Assembly: GCA_951406725.2 (NCBI GenBank)
Contig: OX597818.1
Span: 3,906,001-3,970,000 of the forward strand
Direction: 5' to 3'
Length of the DNA: 64,000 nucleotides
DNA from: Octopus vulgaris
Lineage: Eukaryota
In this document: positions 25,224-37,879 of the stretch, one piece after another
Position numbering within the stretch: position 1 is the first letter of the stretch
How the letters are laid out: each line of letters starts with the position of its first letter
Notes under the pieces: generated by a model
Databases searched by the model: none
What the model was told of the DNA's origin: nothing
Seen by the model: only the letters and a program-made list of their open reading frames with translations
Translations under genes and position numbers: made by a program

Positions 25224-26803
25224 ACCGCCAATGGCGGAAAGATGGGAAAAGATGGGATTACGGCTTGAGGTAGCCTAAGGTTAAATTTCGTAGAGAGAGA
25301 GAGATAGGAAAGATAAATCAAGTTATGGTGAAGGCTTGAAAGTAGCCTAAAAGGTTAAATTTTCGTAAATTTTCGATGGGTAAGACGAATCAAGTTATCA
25401 ATGTATGAATAAACGTAGTAACAACGAATAAAAATAGTAAGATAAATTTTTTAAGAACTTGCTGCGGGCATCGACCGGGAGTTGAAATTGAAGAAGAAAG
25501 TAAGTTGAATTGGGAATTTAAATTGCAGAATCGTAATGGTAATGGCGATTTTCAAGTTTTAGCATAAGAAGAAGAAGAGGAGGAAAGACCGCCAATGGCG
25601 GAAAGATGGGAAAAGATGGGATTACAGCTTGAGGTAGCCTAAGGTTAAATTTCGTAGAGAGAGAGAGATAGGAAAGATAAATCAAGTTATGGCGAAGGCT
25701 TGAAAGTAGCCTAAAAGGTTAAATTTTCGTAAATTTTCGATGGGTAAGACGAATCAAGTTATCAATGTATGAATAAACGTAGTAACAACGAATAAAAATA
25801 GTAAGATAAATTTTTTAAGAACTTGCTGCGGGCATCGACCGGGAGTTGAAATTGAAGAAGAAAGTAAGTTGAATTGGGAATTTAAATTGCAGAATCGTAA
25901 TGGTAATGGCGATTTTCAAGTTTTAGCATAAGAAGAAGAAGAGGAGGAAAGACCGCCAATGGCGGAAAGATGGGAAAAGATGGGATTACGGCTTGAGGTA
26001 GCCTAAGGTTAAATTTCGTGAGAGAGAGAGATAGGAAAGATAAATCAAGTTATGGCGAAGGCTTGAAAGTAGCCTAAAAGGTTAAATTTTCGTAAATTTT
26101 CGATGGGTAAGACGAATCAAGTTATCAATGTATGAATAAACGTAGTAACAACGAATAAAAATAGTACGATAAATTTTTTAAGAACTTGCTGCGGGCATCG
26201 ACCGGGAGTTGAAATTGAAGAAGAAAGTAAGTTGAATTGGGAATTTAAATTGCAGAATCGTAATGGTAATGGCGATTTTCAAGTTTTAGCATAAGAAGAA
26301 GAAGAGGAGGAAAGACCGCCAATGGCGGAAAGATGGGAAAAGATGGGATTACGGCTTGAGGTAGCCTAAGGTTAAATTTCGTAGAGAGAGAGAGATAGGA
26401 AAGATAAATCAAGTTATGGCGAAGGCTTGAAAGTAGCCTAAAAGGTTAAATTTTCGTAAATTTTCGATGGGTAAGACGAATCAAGTTATCAATGTATGAA
26501 TAAACGTAGTAACAACGAATAAAAATAGTAAGATAAATTTTTTAAGAACTTGCTGTGGGCATCGACCGGGAGTTGAAATTGAAGAAGAAAGTAAGTTGAA
26601 TTGGGAATTTAAATTGCAGAATCGTAATGGTAATGGCGATTTTCAAGTTTTAGCATAAGAAGAAGAAGAGGAGGAAAGACCGCCAATGGCGGAAAGATGG
26701 GAAAAGATGGGATTACGGCTTGAGGTAGCCTAAGGTTAAATTTCGTAGAGAGAGAGAGATAGGAAAGATAAATCAAGTTATGGCGAAGGCTTGAAAGTAG
26801 CCT
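25224..26803 (-). repeat. Tandem array of a 364-bp monomer (4 full copies plus about one third), forming the LINE 5' end
   Basis: accgccaatggcggaaagatggg recurs at 25224, 25588, 25952, 26315 and 26679. Confidence 0.95.
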
Positions 26804-27388
26804 ATATATATATATATATATATATACGAGCAAAATATATGGATGGTGCTGAGTTGTCAAACATTTAAACCAAATTTTCTCAAAACAACTTGTTCAACCA
26901 TCCCATAGCCTCCCCTTTGAGAAACACTGATTTAATCTAAATTTGAGACACCAGCAAAAGAAGAAATAAAGATAGACTTTTTTCTATTCCAAAGAAAAAC
27001 GATTTTATTCACACAAATATGCAACCGAAGAGTTTAAAGTACCAGTAAATGATAAGGCTGTTGACTGGGAGAACACAAACATGGTTTAAACAGTAAGCTT
27101 TGCAAGAAAGAAATGTGCCTTTAAGCAGTACAAAAACAACAAAAATAGAAGGTGCAGTTATGTACAGGTTGACGGAAGAAAAGCAAGACAAAAACAATGC
27201 ATGCAAATGGGTTAGCTGGAGGCAAATCTAGATGGAAAAGGATGATGAATTTATGAAAACGTACCTGGGACAATAATAAGTTTATCCAATAAAACATATA
27301 GGAAATCAACTTGGGGTGATTTTTTATGAAAAGCAACAACCTAAGGAACTAAGTAACTAATTTTAAGTTAACTTATTTTACGGGATGT

Positions 27389-27921
27389 TCAAGGGCATGG
27401 AAAAGCTAGTGGAGCACAGCCTTGTAAACCACATTCCTTGTTACCCTGTCTAGAGCGTAGTAGAAAAGGTTTGTCAAACAGCCCACATAAAGTTGTCCGT
27501 GCGAAAAGCAGGGAGTGCTGAGGTCCAATCCCACGACTTTCAATGACTGCCCCTGCGCTTTGTTGATGGTCATCGCGAAGCTCAGGTGAATAGGGATTTG
27601 AATGCATTTCATCTGGTAAACACAGTCCAACGGAATCAATGGCATGCAGGAAATAAAAACAACATTCCCTGCTCCTTGACCCGTGATAACTTTTGCCTTG
27701 AGAATGTCATCCATGATGTATTTACATGTACAAATGCACGTTCCCACGGCTTTATCGATTGCATTCTTACCTGGAATCAATTTTTGTAATTTTTTCAAAA
27801 CTTACACATGCCCTGATACCGTCGGTATCTACATATCAAATTTGAGCACAATCAGATGGGGGATGCCCGAGATCCTAGAAGACACACACACAGACAGACA
27901 GAACGCATTTTATATAATAGA
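27389..27921 (-). mobile_element. Helitron deletion derivative: 5' terminus joined to the PIF1-like helicase C-terminus
   Basis: ORF 27406-27798 has FAMTINKAQGQSLKVVGLDLSTPCFSHGQLYVGC (SF1 helicase motifs V/VI); minus strand starts TCTATTATATAAAA at 27921. Confidence 0.85.
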
Positions 27922-28349
27922 TATGAAAGAGTAATAGCAGAATACCCTTGTGAAAACCTCAATAAAATGCAAACATAATAAATTAGACATAATGATTTGA
28001 AAAGGGAGGAAAATCTATGTACAGTACTGGAAATCAGTTGCCCAGTGAATGTCAACATAAAACAGAAAATACCTCCATTGAACTACTGAGAAACTTACAG
28101 TTAGTCTACTTGGATTACAAGTTCAGATTTATATTCGTAATTATTGGGACACTAGGATATGTAACCAACTACCAGAGAGATTAGGGTCCTCAAAACTAGA
28201 AAGGAGAAAACTAATTAGAAGACTACAAATACAAGCCATTAATTGAAACTGTCAAAAAAACATTAAAACTTTCCAAGAGTTAAGCATAGAAGTACATATG
28301 CACATGTCTAGACATGCAATTGTGTGTATGGTATACACACACATATATA

Positions 28350-31190
28350 TATAATAAAATGACCTATACAACATGCCACTGGATACCTACAAGCAATTGA
28401 TACTTAAACATCTGCACAAGAGCTACCAAATTGTACCAACCTGAACCTGAGAGATATCTACCTCAAAACTCAAGGTCTTGTCTTTAAACTCAGCTTTCAA
28501 ACCTTTCAAACCTTGACCACTCCATATAAACTTAAAAGACAATATGGGAAATTTTGCTGCAAACCCTTCCGTTTGCCTCATTTGCTCCTCAAGCTCTGAT
28601 GTAAGTAGGATTAGTAATGTTAGATTAGAATTCTACCCCACCTTCAATCTAAGATTACACTAAACCTCTGGACTAACATCACTGAAACCATCCAATGGTT
28701 TAAATTCTAAGTCCCAAAAGTAAACACGAATTCATTCAAGTAAGTATACACCAATACTATTCCAGTGTATCTCCTATCCTACTTAACAAAGCCCTCATAT
28801 TTGCACTAAAATAATCTGACCTGACTAGAGGTGATATCAGTATTATCCTGGCAATCCATTTAACTACTATAAAATGCAATGGAAAATTTTGGACCCGCAA
28901 GGATACCCCTAACTACTACAACACCCCAATGGAGGAAAGTGACTCAGCTTAAGTTACCCACTTAGTGAGTTGTTACCTGCTCCATTGCCTCCAGGACCAA
29001 TTCCCTAATATTTTCAGTGGTCTATATAAGGACAACACTCTGTTTGCAATCCCAGACTCTAGTAGCTGTGAGGTAGAACAATTTAGGAACAGAATCAGAT
29101 TCTTTAAAAACATGAACCTTAGTGTCTCTTTCACTTCTAATATTAAAACTGCTAATTTCCTAAATGTCACTCTAGATTTACAAAACAACACCTATCCATA
29201 CTATAAACCCCAGGAGAACTTTAATTATGTTAACTTTTCCTCAAATCAACCCGCTCGTCCTAAAATCCATTGGTGACAGTGTGTCTTGTAGGATCTCATC
29301 CCTATCCACTATTAAAGAGATATTCAAGCATTATGCTGAATATTACAACAAAATCTGATTAGATCCCTTCTTATATGGAGTGATCCTTCTTCCACTGAAC
29401 CTGGGACTGCAGATACATCTGCCCCATTAGATAGAACCTGTACTATCCCCTGTATTCCTCCCTTCCCATATCTGTCCAAATTTTACTGTAATTGCAAACC
29501 CAATAGGCACTCCTCTCACCCTGGGATTCTGGATCCCAAATCTGCCACTGCCCATTGAAATCCACACCTCCCTACCCCAAGCCATACTCAGGTAACCCCC
29601 TAGAACAGAATAAGTGGACTAGGACATGCAATGTTATCTGGTTTCACCCCCACTTTGCCCTTAATGTTCAGACCAGAGTACCTAAGCGTTCCTTTGTTCG
29701 ACTTGAAAAATATTTCTCTAGGTCCAGTAATCTGAAGAAAATCTTCAACCCCCAATCTATTAAATTCTCTTACTCTACCACAACCAACACTGCCAGTATA
29801 ATCCCTCTCTACCCCATAAAAATATCAATCCTAAAACCACTGCAGATACTGCAAATAACACCAGGTTAACCCCAGGTAATCATAACTCCGCAAACTCCAC
29901 TTTAACACTTTCTAGAATCCTATGCAGCTATAGATGCCCCACCACCTGTCCCTTGGAAAATAGATGCCTCACAAAACATATCGTATATAAATATATGGTA
30001 TCCACAGGAGATTTCAAATATGTATATATTGGCTTGTGCAGCACAACCTTCTAAGTCAGAGTTGGTAACCACTATATTAGCTTTAAATATCAAGTGAAAA
30101 CTAACAGCACTTCTTTATCTAGGCTCATTCATAACCTAAAACAAAACTCAGTTTTATACAATTTAAAATGGTCCATCATTACCAATACCAAACCATATAA
30201 CAGTTATAACAACTAATGCAATCTCTACATCATTGATGTCTTATCTGCTATGCAATGCAATAATGAACGAAGCAACCTAATTCTTAATTGCAAACACAAG
30301 TTATGTAATACATTCTTAAGATACAAATAATAGTGCCCTCCCCAATTATTCCATAACTAATCCTCCTGCATTCCCACCCTCCACTTGAAGCTCTTCTTTG
30401 TATTTATAACATGAAATTTTGTTATTAGCTACCTTTATATTTTCTTAACTCTGTAATCTTTCTCTCTGCGTGAAGATATGCAGTCATGTACATGCACAAG
30501 CACACCTATAGGGATATTATAGGTGCACAGTAAATGAATGCATATGTGCATGGGTATGCAAATGTGTAGTTTTACTGCTAAGTAGCAAGCCACCAATTTA
30601 ACTCGAACTGTTATGTTCCTCTAATAACAGGGGAATACAACCTTAATCTCCCATCTCACTCTCTTCTCCCTCCTTTCCTTTCTCCTAGCAAATCCACCTT
30701 ATTCTCACTCCTAAATATTCTTTTCTTTTCTTTTTTTCTGTCTAAATGGATGCAACAATATATTTATTTACCATTAACATAATAGAGTGAACCCAGCTTA
30801 ATATTCACAATGACCTTCCGCTAAAGTCAGCATCAATCTAACCTAAATTTCCCCTTCTCCCCAATCTCCTTTTCTTTATTCTTAAGAATTTTAGACAATT
30901 GCTCATTCCCAAATTCTTTGCCTCTTCCTTCTTTTCTCTTACTGACCATTTTATTTCTTAACACATTTTTCTATTTTGTTATTTTAGTTCTTTCTTCTGG
31001 CTTCACCACTCATTTCAAATTATATCTCTGGTGAGTTAACTTGGGATTCTTTAACAACAATGTAACTTTCATATAACTAAACTATCTTTGGCCTGATGAG
31101 TAGCCAGTGGAGTTCGCTTCGTTGATCAATTATTATTTCTGCTAGCTAGAAAACATATGTAGCCTGGATTTTACCACCTCCACTCCTATT
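28350..31190 (+). mobile_element. Decayed Penelope-like element (RT + GIY-YIG + terminal repeat)
   Basis: GLYKDNTL, NFLNVTLDL..YPYYKP..YVNFSSNQP, NVIWFHPHF..KIFN..IKFSYS, CPLENRCLTKHIVYK..YIGL; hammerhead motif at the 3' end. Confidence 0.85.
31090..31164 (+). ncRNA. Type I hammerhead ribozyme motif in a Penelope terminal repeat
   Basis: ggc-CTGATGA-gtagccag...ctagcta-GAAAAC-atat-GTA-gcc; homologous copy at 57759-57838. Confidence 0.65.
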
Positions 31191-31221
31191 TGGATATATA
31201 ACAAAACATATAGTTCTTCAT

Positions 31222-31993
31222 GGATCTAGTTGGATAAAGTTTATTGAAAATTTTAAAATTTGGCACAATAATATACTTTTCCAAGCTGAATCACTGGAGT
31301 TAGTTCACTTTTTCCAGATAAATGCTTTTAAAAAGTTATAAAAGTTTAAAGTTTGATCATTTTCACCTAGTTAGGAAACAGGATTTGGAAGCTGTCATTT
31401 TGTGCCTGACTGCACATTTTGTCATCAACATCCTGAAAATAGCATATGTTGTCAATATTTGTAAACAACATGTGTTTTGCAGTTTGAAGCATTCAATATG
31501 AATTTAATGTAACAGCATGAACTTAAAAGATTTATCTAAAAACAAAATAGTACTTTACAAGTCAAATATTTTTAAAAAAACAAACATTTTGTTGACCAGT
31601 TCATTGAAAGCAAAAGTTAAAAATGCATTCAATCAATTTCTCACACAAATCACAATTTTCATATCTCCTGCGCCACCTAAATTCATATGCTCAATTGTCA
31701 TCAGATAGGTAAAACAAGTGATTTCAATGTATTTGTCAATACATGCTTTCTCGCAGACAAAAGAGTTCTCATGTTCTACTTGTTTCTATGGAAACAGGCA
31801 TGAATGTGTCTGTGGCTTACAATTGGCTAAAATTACCAAAACTTTCAAACTTTAATTGCTAATAACTTTTTATTTATTGATCTATAGCGAAATTGATTTT
31901 CATATCATTCATCGGCCAATAAAAGTGTACCATTACACTGAATATGAATCAATTTGAACAGAAGTGATGCTGGCAGCCAAACCAACTAGATCC
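31222..31993. mobile_element. MITE with 12-bp TIRs, possibly Kolobok-type
   Basis: ggatctagttgg at 31222 and ccaactagatcc at 31982-31993; flanks resemble decayed TTAA; sub-terminal inverted aaaagttat motifs. Confidence 0.6.
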
Positions 31994-32479
31994 TTCTACA
32001 CATGCATTGACTCCAAATACTTAAACATTATACACAAAACTACTCTGTCGATGTTGTTAAAATTCCAATAAAAGAGGCTTCAATCTAGATTAGAAACCGG
32101 TTCTGCCTGTATTGGCAAGAAACTAGAAATAAACTAATTAATAAAAAGAACATACATACAAACTGGATAGTAGTAGCAGTGGTCAACCAGCTTCTCCCAC
32201 ACTGAGACATTTAAAGAACATACAACAATACCATCACTATCAACAACAAAAAGCAATCACAGTGAAATACTCAGCCTGCTAGAAAACAAAAGCAGCCAAA
32301 TGATAGCTTCTTCAAACAAAACAGGAGAATATTGAAATATTATAAATTTTGTAAAACTGGTGTGGGAAGATATGATGTTAAGTAGGTTGAAAACATTAAC
32401 TTTAAAAACAAGCCATTTAAAACAAACACAAAAAAAAGCCTTTTAAATTGGAACTGGAAGTAATTAATACAATAACAGA

Positions 32480-34800
32480 AAACTAATTTAATGTGTATTG
32501 AATTAAAACTCACATACAAAGCTATAAATCTTTTGCTATATGAGTCAGCAATAACATTGTTAGCCTACCATAAGTAACTGAAGTTGTTCAATAAAGACAG
32601 GGGTTAAACATTCAGAGCTGAGCTCACAGCTTGAAAAATAAAATTCTGATTCTTTGAAAAACTATCTCACAGATCATCTTAGTTATGAAGTGTTCCACTC
32701 TCAATAAATTCACAAAACATCAGAAACAGTTAAAAGATAAACTAGGAAAGCAGTTTGGGGACTCAAAAACCTAAACCTAAAATTCCAAACTTCGTCAGCA
32801 GAAACAAGAACAGCAACAGCTGAGAAATTGAAATACAAATCTGCAGAATATAAATGGAAAACACTGAATATATTATTTCAGAGTGTTCCCAAATCAGTCC
32901 CAAATCAACCAAAATAACACAAAATCAGTAAAAAACAACCCCTTGACTGAACAAGTGGAAAGTTACTGCAAATCAATTTGGAAAAGGAATGATGGATTCA
33001 ATAAAAAGGTTGAATGGATGAGGAATTCAAACAGGAATACTGAAAGCATGTGAAACAAAACTTTTATGAAATCAATAGTGCAGTACCAGAAACACACCTG
33101 AAAAAGTACCAAACGTTGAATCTCTTGACCCAGATCTTATTATAGGATATTGGTTAAAAAGAATCTCAACCTTTATCAAGAAATTTAACAACACAGTTTG
33201 GAAAGAGTATCAAGGGCACACTAAATATATCTATATGTCTGTCAACCATCCGTCAACTTTCTCATCCCCAAAATAGCCAAACCACTGAAACTAAAAGTAG
33301 CTAGTCAAAAATTCATGTATAAGATGTACACAGGTTGCCTCAACTTGTTTTCACAGCATCACTGTAACACAAGCAATATTGTAACCACAGAACAAGCTGG
33401 AGGGAAGAAGGAAGTGTGGGGATGTATTGAGCACATACTGATTGACAAAATGACACATGAAAGAACAATAAAGATTTGAAGAAACTTACCTACAGTGTGG
33501 TTGGACAACCAAAAGCCTTTGATAGTATACCACATGGGTGGATAATCAAGGCACTTGCAATTAACCAAAGTACTATCCACTACCTAACCAAAAAATGGTA
33601 CATCTTACTTCTTTGAAGTGATAATGAAAACATCAAATCTGACACTATACTTCCAAAAAGGCATCCTTTGGGGCAATAATCTGTCAGTACAACTCTTTGT
33701 ACACTCACTGAACCCCATGCCTTACCTAATCACAAAACACAGCAACTATAGGAATAGATCCAACAACAGTTTTAACTTTCCTTTGTTGATGACTTGAAGC
33801 TGTATGAGCCAAATAATAACCACTTCAAAAACTGGATCTCATAACACAAAGACATTGGAATAAAATTTGATTAGTCTAAATGTGCATTATTGGTGGTAAA
33901 ATGCAGCAAACTTGTGCTTTCATCTAAGACATGAAACATAAATAACCTAGAAATACAGCGTCTACTCTCTGAAAAAAGCTACAGATACTTGGACAGGATG
34001 AGAATCTCAGCTATGATGGACCTATCAATAAGGAGAGAATAAGGAATGAGTACCTCAAGAGGATAAAAAAATACAGTCATCTGAATTCTCTGCTTACAAT
34101 AAGCATATTGCTCACAACACATTTGCAGAGCCTGTTCGCATGCCTACATTTGACTTTCTGAATTGGTCACTACAATAACTTGATAAGATAAGTGTACAAA
34201 CTTACAAGCTCTCAGTATAACTGGAAATTTCAACATCAGTGAAGATGTAAACAGGCTATACTTCCCACAAAAGGATGGTGGCCATAGTCTTAAATCTGTT
34301 TTGATGTCATATAAAGCACATATTGTGGCACTAAAACAATATCCACGGTAGGGGAAAGAGGCCAGTAACTATCTTGTCCAAGTTTGAGGCTATGAAATCA
34401 ACAACATAATTAGGATGGCTTGAGGTGAAGTAAGAACTGATACACATCTCTCTCCAAGGGGCATTGATCAATTCTATTCATCAGAAGAACAAAGTTTAAA
34501 AATGAACCAGTTCACTGAAAAGGTAGTACAAGGGTGTTTGGCACAACATAAAAAGCAGAAAAGATTGACAGACAACAAACGTACGCTGTGTAAAACCAAG
34601 ACTGAATTCATCAACCACATTATTGCCAACTGCAAGAGAACGTCTTCCAAATACCTTCCCATGAGGAATGATATAGTGGCAGAACGGTCTAGAACAGGTT
34701 AGGAAAAGACAATGCCAGCAGACAAAGTTGACTATATTAAGACACATGGGTCAAAAGAATATTGGCAGAGCTTAAAAATTACAATAGTCACCAAGTTAAA
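32480..34800 (+). mobile_element. Decayed R2/R4-like non-LTR retrotransposon
   Basis: EQAGGKKEVWGCIEH, WLDNQK..D..PH, FVDDLKLY, and a CCHC/RLE-proximal remnant RTLCKTKTEFINHIIANC..YLPMRNDIVA. Confidence 0.75.
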
Positions 34801-34829
34801 AATGCAACCAGTCAGATATTGTTGGATTG

Positions 34830-37721
34830 GAAACCAAAACAAAAATATGCTCTGTGGAAATCAGCAGCTTCCTAAATGCCAATTTGGTAAGAAAAATACA
34901 GGAGTGGACCATTGATAAGGCGTACTCAAGATACACTTTCAGCTTTATATCTCTTGTTATTAGGGCAGCAGGATAACAAAAGACAAGGAGGTACTCATTA
35001 TGGGAGGGGACTTCAATGGACATGTTGGAAGACACCCCAATGAATTTCAGAGTGTTGGCTCCAAAAATGAGAAGGGGACAAGGCTGCTGGGGTCTTGTGA
35101 TGCTCATGACATATTAGTCTGCAACACCTACTTCAGGAAACCTGCCAACCATCTGATCACTTACCAATCTGGTGGGCACACCAGCTAAATCAACTACATT
35201 CCCAAGAGACACAGGAACAAGTGTATGCTAGTAAATGCAAAATCTTTCCTGGAGGAAGAATGTACAGTGCAGCATAGGGTAGTGATTAGTGACTTCATAC
35301 TTAGAGCCAGAAGGATGCAGTGACACAAACCAATATAGAAAAGGAGGTTGTGGAAGCTCAAGGATCCTCCAAATGGGCAGAGATTTAGAGATGTTCTTAA
35401 TAAAGCTTTTGATGAGAAGGAGGAAGAGATAGAGATATAAGATGTAGAAGACAACTGGAAGTTCCTATGAGACAATCGACTGAGGGTGACAGACCAAATC
35501 TGTGGTGGGAGCAAAGCTTCTTCCAGACCAGGGTGACATGGTAGTAGAACAGTGATGTTGATAGGGCCACAAAAGAGAAGAGATGGGTCTGGAAAGAATG
35601 GAAAAGAGTGGGTAGCAGAAATCATTTCAAGAAGCTAAAAGGGAAGTGAGACGTCAGCTTACCTAGTTAACATAAAAGCGGAAAGGAAGAGGTTTGCCAA
35701 TGCCCTACAACTTGAAGATCAGAGACATGGGGTGTTCCAGATTGTGAGTCAGTGTGTCAGAGAGAATCAGGATATTGTGGGAGAGAAGTGTATATGCATG
35801 AATAATGGTATGTTTGCACTTAGAATTCAGACAAGAAAAAAGTGTGGAAGAGTTACTATGCAAGGCTATTGAATGTTGAGAATGAATGGGATAAAAGGAG
35901 TCTCCCTCATGTGAACTAAACTGAGGGACCAGCTATCTTAGTGGACAGCAGTATGGTAGGTAAGGCAATTAAAGATATAATAACAAAGAAGAACCCTGGT
36001 CCATCTGGAGTCACTGCTGAGATACTCCAAATATCTGGCAAGGTAGGATACGGAATAGTTACCTGCATATTGTTAGCTGCTACAAGGGTAAGGAAAATGC
36101 CTTAGCTAGAAGCATTTATAGAGGTATCAAACTTCTGGACCAGGTAATGAAAATTACAAAGAGAGTTACAGCACAATTAATTAGAAACAGAGTTAAGCTA
36201 AATGAAATGCAGTTTGGTTTTGCCCTGGGGAAAAGCACTACTGATGCTATTTTCATTGCCAAGCAATTGCAAGAGAAATACTTAGCCAAGAATAAACCAT
36301 TACACTTGGCATTTGTTGATCTAGAGAAAGTCTTTGACAGAGTTCCCCACTGTGTGATATGGTGGGCTCTGAGGAGGCCAGGAATGGATGAGTAGCTTGT
36401 GAAAGCTGTACAGCCTATTTTTAGGGGCACTGTCAGTAAGGTGAGAATTAACCACAAGTAATGTGAAGAATTTGATGTACAGGTAGGGATTCATCAAGGC
36501 TCAGTCCTCAGTCCCCTATTTTTCATCATTGTCCTCTAGGTCATAACAAAGGAATTCAAGATTGATGGCTCCTGGTCACAACTATATGCTGACAGTCTTG
36601 CCCTCCTAGCAGATTCTGTATCATTGCTAGAAAAGAAATTCCACATGTGGAAGCAAAACCTGGAATCTAAAGGACTTAAGATTAACTTAGCAAAGACTAA
36701 GGTCTTATTAAAGATGAAAACTAACAGGATCCTACCCACTTCAGATAAAGTGGCCCAGCTTGATTAGTAGGAAAGGTGTAGGTAGGAATTTCATATGGTC
36801 TACCCAGTGTAAGCTATGGACACACAACAGGTGCAGTGGAATAATAGGAAGGCTATCAGCAAAAGTAGTGTTCCTATGTGGAAGATTCACAAGAGACAAA
36901 AATATTTTTGCTACCTAGGGGACGACATTAGTAGTCAGGGTGGCTATACAAAGTGTGTAATAGTTAGAATAAGAATAGGGTGGAGAAAATTCAGAGAGCT
37001 TTTACTTCTGTTGGCAACCAAAGGTTTCTCTCTCTGAATGAATGGAAAATTGTATGATACATACATATGAATAGAAATTCTATATGGTAGTAAGACATGG
37101 GCCCTGAATGCAAAGGTCATGTGAAGGCTAGAGAGAAATGAGGCTAGTGTGCTCTGCAGGATGTGTAATGCAAGTGTACACATGTGACAGAGTGTTAGTG
37201 TATTGAGAGAGAAGTTAGGAATAAGAGGAATTAGATGCAGTGGGCAAGAGAGAAGACAGTGTTAGTTTGGTCATATGATGTGAATGGATGCTGATGGCTC
37301 CAAAAAGAAGTGCCAATCTCTGAAAGTGGATAGAATTTGTGGAAGAGGGAGACCCAGGAAGACATGGGACAAAATACTGAAGGATTGACTTCAGAACGCT
37401 GAACCTTTTGGATGAGCAGACCAAGAACCAAAACACTTGGTGTTTTGTTGTACTCAAGAAGATCTGTCTTCCATAGAAGAAGTGTTAAGGCTACATCTCC
37501 TGGTGAAAAGTTTTGTGTCAGAGTCACATATAAAGCACGCTGGTGGCACATTTAAAGCACCCAGCACACACTATGAAATGGTTGGTGTTAGGAAGGGCAT
37601 CCAACCATAGAAACCAAGCCAAATCAGACTGGAACCTGGTGCAGCTTCTTAGCTCCAGTCAAATCGTCCAGCTCATGCCAGCATGGATGGAAAAACAGAC
37701 ATTAAAGGATGATGATGATGA
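34830..37721 (+). mobile_element. Old decayed RTE-clade LINE (EN, RT, 3' UTR, GAT tail)
   Basis: GGDFNGHVG, CNTYFRKP, QFGFALGKSTTDAIF, FVDLEKVFDRVP, decayed PHD remnant, ggaagggcatcca motif, gatgatgatg. Confidence 0.9.
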
Positions 37722-37879
37722 CATATATAACATAGATATTATATATATATATATACTATGTTGCAGTGTATATTTTTTTATTTCGATTTCAACTTTTAAT
37801 GCTGCTATTACTGTGTCCTCTAATGGTTCATTGTATTTAGGTATCAATCCGCATGTCACAGTTTTTACGATGGTAGAAA

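Larger units (their letters stand above)
21117..26803 (-). mobile_element. Near full-length RTE-clade LINE: 5' monomer array, 5' UTR, APE endonuclease-RT ORF with about 3 lesions, 3' UTR, (GAT)n tail; flanked by (TA)n
   Basis: VDVCCIQEVRW, ISAYAPQ, IDFIL, KAPGLSGI, NNYRGIKLL, QFGFVPGRST, FVDLEKAFDRVP, LLYADDL, FRYLG, RRLRWYGHV. Confidence 0.96.

Noticed and set aside
27406-27798. Host PIF1 helicase gene
   Set aside because: Intronless C-terminal fragment attached to a Helitron terminus
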